A stretch of 64,000 nt of DNA. Source: Vicugna vicugna (lineage: Eukaryota). The position numbers were made by a program, and so were the translations under genes. The notes below the pieces were generated by a model. The model was given only the letters and a program-made list of their open reading frames with translations. It was not told the origin of the DNA and made no database searches. Below, piece by piece: positions 39,991-52,900 of this stretch. The stretch is taken from NCBI GenBank assembly GCA_013265495.1, contig MU058636.1, forward strand, positions 10,143,066 to 10,207,065. The letters are read 5' to 3'. How positions within the stretch are numbered: the stretch's first letter is position 1; each line of letters starts with the position of its first letter.

Positions 39991-40319
39991 AGCAGTAAGT
40001 TTTGTCCCTCAGAGGAAAGCTTTGCCCACTTCTCTGCTGTGACCCCGCAGAGACGTGACACTCAGGACAACAAAGCAGAGCCAAGGAGCCCATAAAAGAT
40101 TCTCAAATCTTCTCACATTCTAGCTGTGCAGTGACCACAGGGCTAGGTTTGTGGTGCCTAACTTCTGCATTCGTTATTCACTCGGCAATGTCTTGAATAA
40201 CCCATTTTTTCTGAGTCACTGTTCCAAGGACTGAGAGTACAAAGCTTCCTCAGTCACAATCCCTAAGCTCCAGAAACTCAGCACCTATTAGAGGGGACGT
40301 GCTGACAGGTCCTTCTAAA

Positions 40320-40770
40320 TGAGAGTGCAAAATGGGAATTAATGATGATGTGGAACTCAAGAGACACTGTGAGAATTAAGTGAGATAATATGCAAACAAG
40401 CAAGATGCTTAGAAGAGTGCCCAGCACAGAGTAAATGCTCCATCAATATTCGTCATCATCATTAGAAAAGGATGGCACGCAGGATCCACGCAGGGGAGAA
40501 CAAAGCATTGTAGGAACACCTGGCCGAGCTGGTTAGGAAAGGAGATAACACCTGAGTTGGGTTCCAAAGGCTGAACAGGTCAGTCCGTATCATCTCAGCT
40601 GGAGGATGTTGATAATAACAGCTAACCTGTACAATGTGTTTACCACCTGCTGGGGCTCTGTGCTGCCTCACTTAACAGATGAGCCCCCAAAAGGTCAAAG
40701 AGCTAAAGGTCTCAACCTCAGCAAGTGGAAGAGCCAAGACCTGAAGCCAAAGGGGCTCTTAATCCTGTGG
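40320..40770. mobile_element. Two MIR fragments (about 40320-40465 on +, 40610-40770 on -)
   Basis: gtgagaattaagtgagataatatgc...cttagaagagtgcccagcacagagtaaatgctc; and aacagctaacctgtacaatgtgtttacc...gcaagtggaagagccaagacctgaagccaa. Confidence 0.7.
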
Positions 40771-40842
40771 CTAATTTTTCTCTAGTCATTATATTGTTGA
40801 ATTTTTTAAAAATTTAACTTCAGTAAAGAACAAAGAATGGAT

Positions 40843-41262
40843 GGAACTACAGATTATTACACTAAGTGAAGTAAGTCAGACAAAGCAAGACAAATATATA
40901 ATATCACTTATATGTGGAATCTTAAAAATGATACAAATTATCTTATTTACAAAACAGAAATAGACTCACAGACATAGAAAACAAACTTATGGTTACCAAA
41001 GCGGAAAGGTAGGGGGAGGGATAAATTAGGAGACTGGGATTAACAGATACAAACTACTGCATATAAAATAGATAAACAACAAGGACCTACTGTATAGCAC
41101 AGGGAACTATAGTCAACATCTTATAATCTATAATGGAAAAGAATCTGAAAAATTGATTTATATGTGTGTGTATAACTGAATCATTTCGCTATCCACCTGA
41201 AATGTAAATCAACTATACTTCAATTAAAAAAAAAGAAAAAGGTTCAGAAACTGAAAAAAAGA
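40843..41262 (+). mobile_element. Young cetartiodactyl-type L1 3' end with 14-bp TSD
   Basis: ctaagtgaagtaagtcagac...tgtaaatcaactatacttcaatt plus A-tail; exact TSD aacaaagaatggat at 40829-40842 and 41263-41276. Confidence 0.93.
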
Positions 41263-41933
41263 AACAAAGAATGGATAAGTGTCCACATACTCGAAACCTG
41301 AAATTTACCTAACAATTTTCATATTTGCTTCAGTTATCTTTTGTAAAGGCACTGAAAGACTTTGAACTCCTTCCCCTCTTAGCCCTTGCTCCATTGTCAA
41401 GTACGAGTTGAACACCTGCAACGGTCCAGACCCCGATACAGCAGAGGCCCCGGGAACACAGCTCCTTTCCCAAAGATAACCATCACCATGGACCTGCTAT
41501 GTGCCTCTCTCGTCCTTCACCTTTTGCTTGTACCATCTGTATAGGTATCCAGAAACATCTTATAATCTATAATGGAAAAGAATCTGAAAAATTGATTTAT
41601 ATGTGTGTGTATAACTGAATCATTTCGCTATCCACCTGAAATGTAAATCAACTATACTTCAATTAAAAAAAAAGAAAAAGGTTCAGAAACTGAAAAAAAG
41701 AAACAAAGAATGGATAAGTGTCCACATACTCGAAACCTGAAATTTACCTAACAATTTTCATATTTGCTTCAGTTATCTTTTGTAAAGGCACTGAAAGACT
41801 TTGGAAATGTCCTCTTTGTTCCTCTAATTCCATTCCTCTCCTTCCCCAAAGATAACCATCACCATGGACCTGCTATGTGCCTCGCTCGTCCTTCACCTTT
41901 TGCTTGTACCATCTGTATAGGTATCCAGAAACA
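41115..41933. repeat. Near-identical tandem duplication (376-bp ancestral unit) with a templated insertion in copy 1
   Basis: 41115-41364 is identical to 41554-41803; 41462-41557 matches 41838-41933 with 2 mismatches; 41366-41462 matches 39615-39711 with 1 mismatch. Confidence 0.97.
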
Positions 41934-42447
41934 GTAAGAGAGCTGTAACAGAAAGTTGTAAGCTGTGTTTTAAACTGCTACATATGCTGTTTCATTCTCT
42001 GTGCGTTGTTCTGTAACTTGCTTTTTTTCACACCACATTATACTTTGCATGTGAGCTGATGATATGGATTCGGATACAGATTCAGAGTATTCCATCTCAC
42101 GCCGCCGTGGATGTAACTGTGACCCTATTGATGGACACTGAGTTGTTTCCATCTTCCCACCATTGGAAACACTGCCGCTCTGAGCATCCTTACACAAGAC
42201 AAGAATGTCTTCAGAAGCTGAACCCTTAACCTCCATCTGTTATTAATTCCTTAGTGAAATATGAAGACAAAAGATGGAGAGTAACTATAGCCAGCTGGAG
42301 CCCTAGAGTGAGCACTCACCAAAACCCCTCCCGGTTGCAATGATTCCTTCAACACTGAAGGGGGGATTTGCTAAATTTGATAGAAATTAGCACAGATGAG
42401 CTGTAATCTGGTTTGTCTTTCCAAAGTCTCTGCCTCAGAGCTTAGAG

Positions 42448-42575
42448 GGGTAGTTCGCTTGGCTATACATGAGAATCACCTGGAAGGCTTTACCATCCCC
42501 ACAGAGTCATGATGTAACTGGTGTGGTCTCAGTGGCACAACCCAATTCCTAACCCCTGGCTGGAAGCACTGCCCT
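42448..42575 (+). mobile_element. MER5-like fragment
   Basis: cttggctatacatgagaatcacctggaaggcttta...ccacagagtcatgatgtaactggtgtgg. Confidence 0.6.
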
Positions 42576-45250
42576 GATAAACACGCCAGGAGTTCACACC
42601 TACATTGGGACAGGCAAGCCCACGGCTCCTCCGCTTCCTGGAACTCCTCCCCAGCACCCACCCCCCATTCCGCCCATACTGTGTTCCACAAAAGAGCCGC
42701 GTGGGCTCCCCTGGGCACACTAGTCTTTCTCTGCCTGCCCTGGCAGAAATATTGTCACGGTGATTCTGAAAAAACACAGCAAACTCCCTGGCTGCATGTA
42801 TTTGTGCTATAGGAAGCTGAGAAGGAAATGCTAATCAAGAAAAATCTAGGGCAAGAGGAGAGAGTTTCTGTTCCACCGTCCTTTCCCTTAGTAGCTCATC
42901 TCACCAATGTTGGCACTGCTGTCCACTCACTGTTCAGGGCATATATCACAACAAAGCACATGGCACTGGTGCCTGTAAAGAACAGTAGCCAGTGTGAGAC
43001 CCAACCACGCTGACAGGGAACCCAGAGGGCTGTGCCCACTTCACAAATAAATAAACGAGGTTCCAAAGGTTAGGTGACTTAAACAGGGTCCCCAGACTTC
43101 GATTTTATATATCAGTAAAAGAAAAACAAGTACTAGTGACACAGGCATGTTTATCTTGTCCACTGACTTTTTAAAATGTCACTTACTATCACCATTATTT
43201 AAAAACAAAAAAGAATACTTTAACAACAAAAACCAAAAGAAAATAAAGACCTTTAGAATAGTCCTTAAAACTGAATAAATTTAGTCTCAGAGAAAATTAA
43301 ATCCATGGTTCTTATTTTTCTGCATTTTAATGCAGACGGTAAAATCTTTGTCCTAGACCAGCATGGCCCAAGGACCCGAATCTGGGAACTACTGAGTTAG
43401 AGCTCAGAATTCTCGAATTACAAAGTACCTTTAAAATAACCACGTTCAACCGCCCTAGGGTGCTTGAGCTCCTTGTGTAATATACTTGACTGGTGTGAGT
43501 CCAGCTTTAGCTGCAAGAACATTTGATGAGGCCACTTTGACACATGGACATCTTGACATGTGGAGTGGTGAATTATAAATGAGGCTTCAGGGTAATAGTA
43601 GGAAATACCAGCTGCTCTAAAATAAAAATAAACATGTGAACCCTTTCAGTATTTTCAGCTCTAACCCCAGCTCCACCCACAGACCTGCCACTGATCTTCA
43701 GTGTCACCATATCCCCATCTTCAGGCTAATCAAAAGGGACAAGTGATGGATGGGGTGGGTCCCACAGATGTATCAGGAATGGGGCCTGGGTCAGGGAAGA
43801 GCTGTGAGTCAGGAGGAGGCTGAGGGTGGGGGTGGAAAATGGGCCAAAGGCATCTATTTCACAGAGTTCAAAAACAGACGGCAGTCTAATAGTAGGAATA
43901 AAACCATTTGCTATGTTCTGCTGATGCCAAGAAGGTTTGAGTCTATCCTAAAAGGCACATCAAAAAGTCCATGGTGACAATATGCTGCAACACTGCATCA
44001 AAATTTCCACAGCATCAAGACAGCCATGGCAAAATTGCAGAATTTGGTATGATTATCCCCAATAGCAACAATCTAAAGTACCTTCAGACATTTGCCAACT
44101 ATTAGAAAGATCATTTTTTATAGGCAACTAAAATGTATTTCTTCACGGCCTCTGCCAGGGTCCCAGACCTCATCAAAAGGGCCTCACCTGAGAATCTAAT
44201 TCCTTTTCCCTGTGACAGCCATTCAGATCATCACCCTTTCCCACAAATCACTTCTTCAGGCCAGGGGCCTCCATCCTCCATGAGTTCCTGATGTGACGTG
44301 GGTTCACGTCCCCTCCCTGCCCTGGACACCATCCTCTGAATGTCTTTTGACTTGTTTCTATTGCTTTCAAGTGCGGCATGCAGAACGGAATTCAGTTCTG
44401 CAGACACACGGCCCTCCCAGCGGACTCATCATCCCCTCCGTGCTCGGTGGCATCCTCGTTCACATGTCCCAAGAGCACCCTAGGTTCTTGGTCAGCCATG
44501 TCACACCACTGATGTGGCCACGATGCTGTCAGCACGTGGCCCAAACCTGGGTCTTCCTGCTTGTACGCTGGGGCACGGGGCACCTTCCCCTGCACCAACC
44601 GCACAGTCTCGGGGCTCCACTGGCATCATCCTAACGGCAAAGACAGATGTGAGCACACCGCTGCTGGTGCGCAGCTCCAGAACGAGATGCAGAAGCTCAG
44701 CCCGAGATGCTCGCCTTCCCTTTGCCTGGTGAGTGCTGGTTAGACACCCTCCAAGTGTAAGCAGCCTGGCCCCAGCTGCTGGGACCACATTTGAGTCACC
44801 TCTGCTACCAGCCGTAACCCCCATGGCACAGTAATTGCTTGAGGAATAGAAAACCAACAATTCTTCAGAAACTATGCATGCTCCCTGGCCACCTCACCCC
44901 CGTACTGCCCTTGCAGGGTGCCTTCCTGGGCACAGCTTACAGGTGTCTCAAGCCCTCACACACAGCCCTGCGAACAGTAGGGGTATTGACATAGTGACAT
45001 TCAACGCTTGAATAAGCAGCAAAAATTAGAGAAACTTCCAAGGGGAATGAAGTCGGTAGGAGACATATCATCCACCACTTTTGATTGACTTTCCCACAGC
45101 ATGAAAATTTCTCTTCTGCTGTGAAAGTTTCCCTGACCCTACCCAACTTCCCCCACTGTATTTCTCTTTAAAACATTTCATATGGTAGGTGAGACAGTCA
45201 TTAAGAAATTATGAAATGCTTGTGGATATGCATTTAACAATAGACCCTTG

Positions 45251-45490
45251 ATAAACTGGGAGTTCAGGATTTGCAGACAGTAACTACTACATATAAAATA
45301 GATAAACAGCAAGTTCCTACTGTGTAGCACAGGGAACTATATTCAATACCTTGTAATAGCCTATAATAAAAAAGAATATGAAAATGAATATATATGTGTA
45401 TGTGTAATCACTATGTTATACACCGGAAATTAACACAACACTGTAAACTGACTACACTTAAGTTTAAAAAAAAAAGCAAAACAAACAAAA
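45251..45490 (+). mobile_element. Young L1 3' end (camelid-like subfamily)
   Basis: ataaactgggagttcaggatttgcagac...tagcacagggaactatattcaata...gaatatgaaaatgaatata...tgtaaactgactacactt plus A-tail; weak TSD caatagacccttg / atacagaccattg. Confidence 0.9.
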
Positions 45491-48400
45491 ATACAGACCA
45501 TTGCAGCAAACCTTCTCATAGTGAATAAATCCCAGTTAAGCTGACTGTTGACTGTAGATCTCTGTACATAACCGGACACACAGATACACACTCCAGCTGT
45601 AAAGCCAACGCAAGGTAGACTCTCACAAACCAGAGCTTCAGCTGTGAGAAGCTCCCCATTAGCGATACACCTGCAGGGTGGCAGCCACTCACGTCTGCCT
45701 CACTTAGAACAAAACCACCCTCAAGAGGGTCCCAGAAGGATGCAGTTCATTCACTAGCACATTGTGAACTTGAACTTCTCAACCATTCACCTTCCCTCGA
45801 TCCATCCCCTTCATTCTGGATTCTACCAGAAGTCAGCCTCCCTCATTCTCATTATTCCTGTTATTAATGAAGACGGTGGGGCTAATGAGAAGGAACCGCA
45901 TTTCAGCACAGAGAGGACCACCCTCCCACCGCAGGGCAGGACTTCAGCACTCAGATTTCATTAGCATTCCCGTGACTTCTCCCAGCAGAAGATGTGAGTG
46001 TGGAGACAAGACTCAGCTTAGACACACAGCATTTTCCTCTCGTTACACAGACATTTCTGAGAATACTCAAAATGCAACACAAATTAGGTGTGTCGTGAGG
46101 CAGTGGAACACGCTGCTCATGGCGGGAAAAGGTACGTTGGCTGTGGAGAAGGAGCTGGTGGTCTGGTAGGTCCCCTCCCCGCGTGGCAGGAGTGTGCATG
46201 TAGAAGCTCCCTAGGGATTTCCACTTGGCTGCACAAGCTTGGAAAAGATGGCCCATAAGCCCTTGGCCTGGAGGAAACCGGATGGTCAGAGGCCCTTCTC
46301 TGTTCTCCGAGCTCTGTAGACAGGAGAAGTAGCAAGATAAGGGTGAGGAGGCCCATTCCAGGCCTTCTTAGAACCACGGGGGCGCCAGGCGCTCTGAGCG
46401 TGTCGGCGAGAAACACCTGCCCAGGGAGCTCAGGCCAGGGCTCTGCAGAGCCACACAGGTATCCAGAGATGAAAGCACACAGTTTACTATAGAACTCTGG
46501 AGGGTCGCTGAAATGGCCCAGCATATGTTGTGTGCTGTCCCCAGTGAAACAGTAGTCAGAGCCTGCTCACCACACATGTGAGTGTGACATCAGGTTGCCA
46601 CTGGCTTCACTTCCTCCTCAGAGAGCTGCTGTCCTGCTACAGGTGTGTGTGCCCACATGTGCCAGACAGACAGACAGAGACGGGGACAGAGAAAGAGACA
46701 TGATGACAGCACAGCTAACACTGGCAAGGGTGGGCTGAAGTGGTCAACCCCACGTGCTGAACGTGGGTTTGTCATTCATACCACTCCCTGAGTATCTGAG
46801 ATTGGCCATAACGTTGTTATGAACATGCACACGGGCACACCCACACACGCTCACGCAGAAACCGGGCAAGAAAAAGATCCACTGTAATTTCTTTTGGTTT
46901 CTGGGAGGACAGCGAAGCCTAGGACAGAAGTGAGCAGAGCATGAGAATTCCTGGCCACCTCCGCCCATTCTCTTCCATTTACGACTGACCCTGTACACGC
47001 TCAGTGGGCTTGCATTCCTTCCCATGACAAACAGCATCATTAGAGCACCACGGCAACACTGTCTGCTCCTGCGGGCCTCTGGGTGTCCATCAGGTGTCTC
47101 ATTGGTCAGAAACCCCATATCACTTATTTCTCTTAGTCTTAGATTCTTGAACTGCTAAATCAGTTTTGCCCCTACCATCTGGGGACCCAAGAAAGCTAGA
47201 GGGAAGAGGCAGAGTTGACCATAACCCCTTTCTTGAGTAAACAATCCAGTTACATAGAAAAGGAAGAAGACAGAATCTCACCCAGCAGCATTCTACCAAG
47301 CTGTGCAATTTTACCACTGACCTAGATAATCTGAGTTCTTGGAAAATTCCACATGGACTCTACCAAATAATACAAACACACATTCACGCCATCCCAGTAG
47401 ATAGCTGTCTTCAGACAAAAGTGTTCCACTTTTTCTTGAGCATCATTAAAATGAGAATTTAAATGCTCATCCTTCACTCATGATTGTAAGTTGATAGAAG
47501 CAGACTAGACGAACTATGATTTCAGCATCTGTTTTTGCCAAGTAAAAGGCACATGAGAACCAGCGCCAGGAGGTTCTGGTTGTGCCCTTCTGCCCTGGCA
47601 AAGCAGGCAACACTGGAAATGCCAGCTGAATAATCCAGTCCTAGGACCATGAAGATAACTCCCTGTGAGTCTAGCTTAGCCTCAAGACAGGCCCTGTAAG
47701 AGGAAATAATTTAAATATTCAAAAGGGACACAAATTAATTCACAGTCTTTCCACTAGTGGATGGTTTTCATGACATTTAGCAATTTAACGAGTCTCCAAA
47801 AATCAGTATCTACTCAGTACAGAGTCAAAAATTTGAAAGTGTCAGTGCTCTGAGCTGGCTGGGTTCTTCCTCAACAGAGAAAGTGGACTCCCCAGCTGGG
47901 CCACTTAACTGAGCCCTCAGATTCGCCACAACCCGAGCAACTCCCCAAAGGAGACCATGCCCAAGGTCTTGAAAAAGAAAGTATTTCACACCTGCGAGCC
48001 CAGTGAGAACCACTCACCCTTGAGTGTCAGTAAAGGAAGAAGCCAAAAATGGCCCTTAAACAGGCAGCCCCCAGGGAGGGCAGCGTACGTCTGCAGCTAG
48101 GAATTTTACCTCCTTTGGGCTCGGCCAGTAACATTCAGATTGCAGCTCCCAGCTGTAGCAGATCTGTTCATATGCAGCTGTAGCAGGTCTATTCATATGC
48201 CATCTGTGGCTGGTGAAGCCCTCCTTTCTCTGCTAGAAATATATATATACTTATCTCACCTCTTTTTCCAGGGCAGGACCAAGTGATGCTTTCATTCGGC
48301 GGTAATTGCAAACACGATTCCTGGCAACGTCTCACTCTGAAAAACACTCATGCAAGGCCAGAGTCAGCTATTCTTGACATCTTGTGAGATGACTTTCACT

Positions 48401-48792
48401 CTCATCTTCTCTGGGCCTCTTAGCAAACTGGAACCTTCAGTGAGGTACTGAACCATCAGCCGTGATGGGGCGGGGAGGGAGGAAGGAATTTCCTAATCCT
48501 TTCCTTGCTGGCCCACACCAGCTTCTCCAGAGAATGGGCCCATTAAGAGGGAATATTCTCACACAAGCCCAAAATGTATATGGACCAAGGAGCTCGCGCC
48601 TTACTGCTTGTCTGCATTGCCACCATCCCAGTGGAGATTCAGAAAAGTTAAGTAAAAGCTAAGTGGGTCAGAGGCCACCCAGCAATGAAGACCCACAGCC
48701 ACGACTCCAAGCCAGTTCTGTTGCGCTCCAAAGCACATGATCTTTCCCTTGTGCAGCCCTGCTTGCCCTTTTTCTTAAGGATTCTCAACTTC

Positions 48793-49195
48793 TATATTGG
48801 TTGGGGTAACATTCACTACTATAACAAACAAGCTCAAAACTAGATCATGGCTCAAACAGGATAGAAGTTTATTTCCTGCACATGCAAAGTCCGAAGGGAC
48901 TCTTCCTGCTGGGGGCGGCTCCCCTGGAAGTAGTGAAGGACCCAGGCTCCTTCCCCCTGTGGCTCTGCCATCCCAGGGTATGAATTCCACGGGGGCCACA
49001 CTCATCGTCATCAAGAAAATGGAAGGGGAAGAGCGTGTGGGATCATCCACGGGCCAGGACTGGAAATGGCACACATCACTTCTGTCTTTTGCCTAGAACC
49101 CAATCTCATGGCCTCTTTTGAGAAGTGCAGTCTAGCTGTCTACCCAAGAGAAAGAGGAAATTGGGTTGGTGAACGGTTAACCAATCTTTTTCACA
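48793..49195 (-). mobile_element. Old MLT1 (I/J-like) LTR
   Basis: ctataacaaac...tggctcaaacaggatagaagtttatttc...ggacccaggctccttcc...ggaaatggcacacatcacttctg...gaagtgcagtctagctgt...tcaca. Confidence 0.8.
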
Positions 49196-51252
49196 GACGC
49201 TGAAGAATTCAGTATTTGAGAAATAAAGGACACGCGCTTGGACAAAGGTTTGTGGTATAAACCATTTGCGTTTTTTAAAAGCCAGTATGTATTAATACAG
49301 TTAAGTGTATCAACCAAAATTAAAATTTGAAAAATCTTTTAAGCCAGGCCCTCCAATTGGTGAACATTTTAAATTTTCTAAGAGAGAGAGAATTAATTAG
49401 CAATCTTTCTACTAGCAGATTTGTTTCTTGATATTTAGCAAGATTACCAGCCTCTAACAACAACTACCAAAGACAGAATCAATAAGACGGAAGAGTCAGG
49501 CTCTCCTCAATATTACATCACCTATAAGAAATGGCCCTGGCCCTGAAAAGTACCTTCCCACTTAGACCCTGTTGTTTCAACAGAAGAAATGTGTATCCCT
49601 GACTCCACAAAGCCAAGCGCCCTGTAGGGTAAGTAAACTCTGGTTCTTTAACGTTATTGGCAGCAAAGCACACAACTCTCCTAGCAAGCCTCAACCATCC
49701 TCATCCTTAGAGCATAAATAGCTGAGATTCCATTTACATCCGCCCACATCACTTTGGCCAGACATGGCTTCTCCCTACAGACCATTTTCTGCAACAAGAA
49801 AAAGAAGATAGTCTAATGATGACAGTAGCAATATCCTAAGTACTTTTTCTCCACGCATGAGCTGGGCAGCGACCAGGGAAGACGAAACTGCATCCCCTCC
49901 AGGCCTGTCCACTCTCTGTTCCAAATGTTCAGCGGCATGTGGAGGTACTTGAAAACTGAAGACCTGAGCACTCTGAACAATGAACTAAACATCTATGTTC
50001 TCAAATAAACTCCGGGCAGATAAAAGTGAGACACTTGAGGCAGGAAGACATTGCCTTTATTTTTCTGGTTTGTCAGATGTGGTTCAAGTAAATGTCTCTT
50101 CTACTCTGTTAGCAGCCCTTCCTCTGTCCCCGCCCCTACTGAAGCTTTCTTCTTGGCCTTCTGCAAAAAAAATCAGAAGGGTGGGAACCAGAACTTAACA
50201 CAGGGTCAGGCAAATGCTAACTGCTCACTTCACAAGTCCTCCAGCAAGTACTAAGCACCATTCTAAGCAGGCCACGGTATGCAGTATTAGGGTTACAATA
50301 TGGTTCTACCGTAAAAGAGGTCCCATACTTTCTGAGAAAATAAAGGTGCATGTTCTCTTGCATTTAGTAGAAACTCAGAAACTATTTGATGCATAGCTGA
50401 ATGAATGACAGACCCTGCGGCTGTACTGTAGGTCAAGGGAGGGCCCTCAGCCTTTTCTAAAAATGAAGACCATGTCTATATTGTAGGCCCCTGTATCCCT
50501 CAATATAGTGGGAAGACTGCATAATGTGCACTATTAAGGATGTGAGAGAAAAATATTTGCAGAAATTCTCCATAAGAAATTTGATTAAATGATCAGTAAA
50601 ATAACACACACAAAAAAACCCTCAGGATACATTATTAAACATTCTTAAGGTTTGGCTTTTCCTACTTTGTCTTTTTAAAGAATAAATACTTACAAAGACA
50701 ACTGAGTTACAAAAATGTGTTACTTTATTTCAAGACTACACAAACTATGGGCTGGTTTTTAAGTTACTCCTGGGAGTCAATAAAATTATTGTTGAATCAA
50801 GATTCATTTCAAATCCCACCAAAGATTCTGATACCTTTTGTAAGAGAGGTAAATCGTTCTCCAGTGCATGAAATCCACTTCTCTTCAAACACATTCTGCA
50901 ATAAAAATTAAACAGGGGGAAATCATGGCAAATCAGACACAGAGAGCCTGGGATGCACGAAATGGTTCAGCCCAGAACAAAGGACAAACACATGTGGTTG
51001 CTGTTCTGGTCAGATTGCTTAATTTACTGATCATCATTTTGGACAGCCCCAGGGTCTCTCTGAAGCCAAATGTACTGTACCCAATAGGTCCTCTCAACCA
51101 CTAAGCCAGTCCTTCTGCAGAGCAAGAAACTGCCTTAGCCAGACGGAGACGCCAATTCGAAGTATGAGAGATTTTACTCTGTGCGGTATTTTATCCAAGA
51201 CGCTGGTTGATTTATTTGGAGACTCTTCCTTAGGGTTTATTACTTAAATCTT

Positions 51253-51278
51253 TGTGTGTGTGTGTGTGTGTGTGTGTG
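51253..51278. repeat. (TG)13 microsatellite
   Basis: Perfect dinucleotide run. Confidence 0.95.
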
Positions 51279-52659
51279 TTTGTACCAATACGTATGGGTG
51301 TGTATGGGTGTGACAGCTCTTTACAATTTGGGGTTCCTCCCTGATTGCACAAATTCATTCTTGAAATGACTTTGGCAACTTCGTTTTTATGCCCTGAAAT
51401 GCAAGTACACCAAGCGTTCTGACTGTAATACCCTCAACCCATTTAAAACATCATCCACCACGCCTACGTCCTCCACCCTCCAAATTTATGTGTCTTCTGT
51501 TCCTAAGTCTTGTTCTCTCTCTCTCTCTTTTTTTTTTTCAATATGGAGGGTTTTTTGAAAGAAACATCAAACATCTCTGTCCTTTTGATGACTTTTTATT
51601 GGCTCTCCACCCCTGTCTAATAAAGAAGGGAGGTGACATTTTCCTTTGCCGTTTCTTGCTCCTTTATGTCTTCTGCATGTGGTGTCTCATGAACCACTTT
51701 GGCGAATCTGACCTTATTCTTCCAAGGCTTTGTCACCGCAGTGATGCTGCTTAAGAATCTGACCCAGTTTCCTTTTTTTCTTCTTTTTTTGCTGTATTCA
51801 CTTTTTTATTTCATCTTTTTCTTACATGAGCTTGTTTTCTCCCTCCTGTCTCAGTTTCACTGGAACTAAAGAAAATATTTTCTTGTGTCCTTCTATTTTC
51901 TCTCCTTAAAAATAAATGTAACTATGCAGAACTCCTTTGCTCCTTATGCAACTGGGCTCCATAGGTTTTCTATGACTATAGGTAGGCCTATTAAAGTCTG
52001 TTTTTTTAACACCCATTTGCTAAAATCAACGGTTAAATTTGTGAGCTCTAACATCAACTATCTTCCAAAAGAAATCATTGAATTGCACTTATTTCTATAA
52101 ATTGATGAGTCTAAGACCTTTCTGTATATTCTATGTTTGCAGGACCTGAGATGAACAATTTTATTAAAAATGTTTATGGATGATTATTTGGGGATAGAGT
52201 TACAATTTTAAAAATTTGACTGTATTTATATTCATTGTTTAATTATCCATTTGTCATTCGATCAAGCATTGAGTGGGACTAGAATTATCTATGCCCCAAA
52301 GTTCTCTTTGGCCAGTTGACAACAGCTCCCCGATTCCCACGACTAATGATTTCAAGCCAACAGAAAACCCCCATGTTCCTGCTCAGCACCTACTCTTCCC
52401 AGAACGGCAGACCCAATGTTTTCCAAGTCAGGCTTAGAAAGCCATTTTCACTTTTGGATGGGAAGCCAGATAGATATACTACATCGAGCAGAAAGCCACA
52501 CAATGAAGTACTTAACAAATGCCTTTGATAAGGATTTTGAAGACACTTGAACAGAAAGAACAAGTGGGACAAATGAAAGAGACTGAGTTAAAAAATGGTC
52601 TGTGGTCAAGATAAAAGAAGCACACAAAGATAGCATCTCAGGCCCATTCCCATAAAAAT

Positions 52660-52752
52660 GTTAACAGCTGATATTTATAAGAGACATACTCTGTGCCATG
52701 TGCAGTGATCAACCACTTCTATGGACTAGCTCCTCTCAATGACCCAAGGTGG

Positions 52753-52785
<33 letters not shown>

Positions 52786-52900
52786 TATTATCATTCCTAC
52801 TTTACAGAGGAGGAAACTGAGGCATGGTAAGGTTCAGTAACTAGCCTGACATTCAGCTAAAATGTGGGTTTTAAACTCCAGAGACTTTGTGCTCGCTCAC
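52660..52900 (-). mobile_element. MIR SINE with internal (ATT/ATC)n expansion at about 52754-52795
   Basis: aacagctgatattta...tactctgtgcca...(tatta/tatca)n ttcctactttacagaggaggaaactgaggc...ggttcagtaact. Confidence 0.85.

Larger units (their letters stand above)
40800..42230 (-). mobile_element. Old L1ME-like element hosting the young L1 and the duplication
   Basis: ccattcctctccttccccaaagataacc...ttctgtaacttgcttttttcac...cctattgatggacactgagttgtttccatc...tgagcatccttacac. Confidence 0.75.

Noticed and set aside
39552..40061. Longest ORF in the track (169 aa, minus)
   Set aside because: Lies over a GC-shifted L2 remnant; no recognisable domain.
41115..41933. Repeat-spacer-repeat layout read as a CRISPR-like or programmed capture system
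   Set aside because: Only two units, both made of L1 sequence, with no associated genes; explained as a replication/repair scar or an assembly artefact.
44514..44735. CpG-rich open stretch ending in a donor-like ctg|gtgagt
   Set aside because: No recognisable protein in any frame and no clear upstream acceptor.
46373..46388. CTCF-like gggggcgcca (also cagatggcgct at about 55083 and tagcaggggcg at about 39741)
   Set aside because: Each lacks key core positions.
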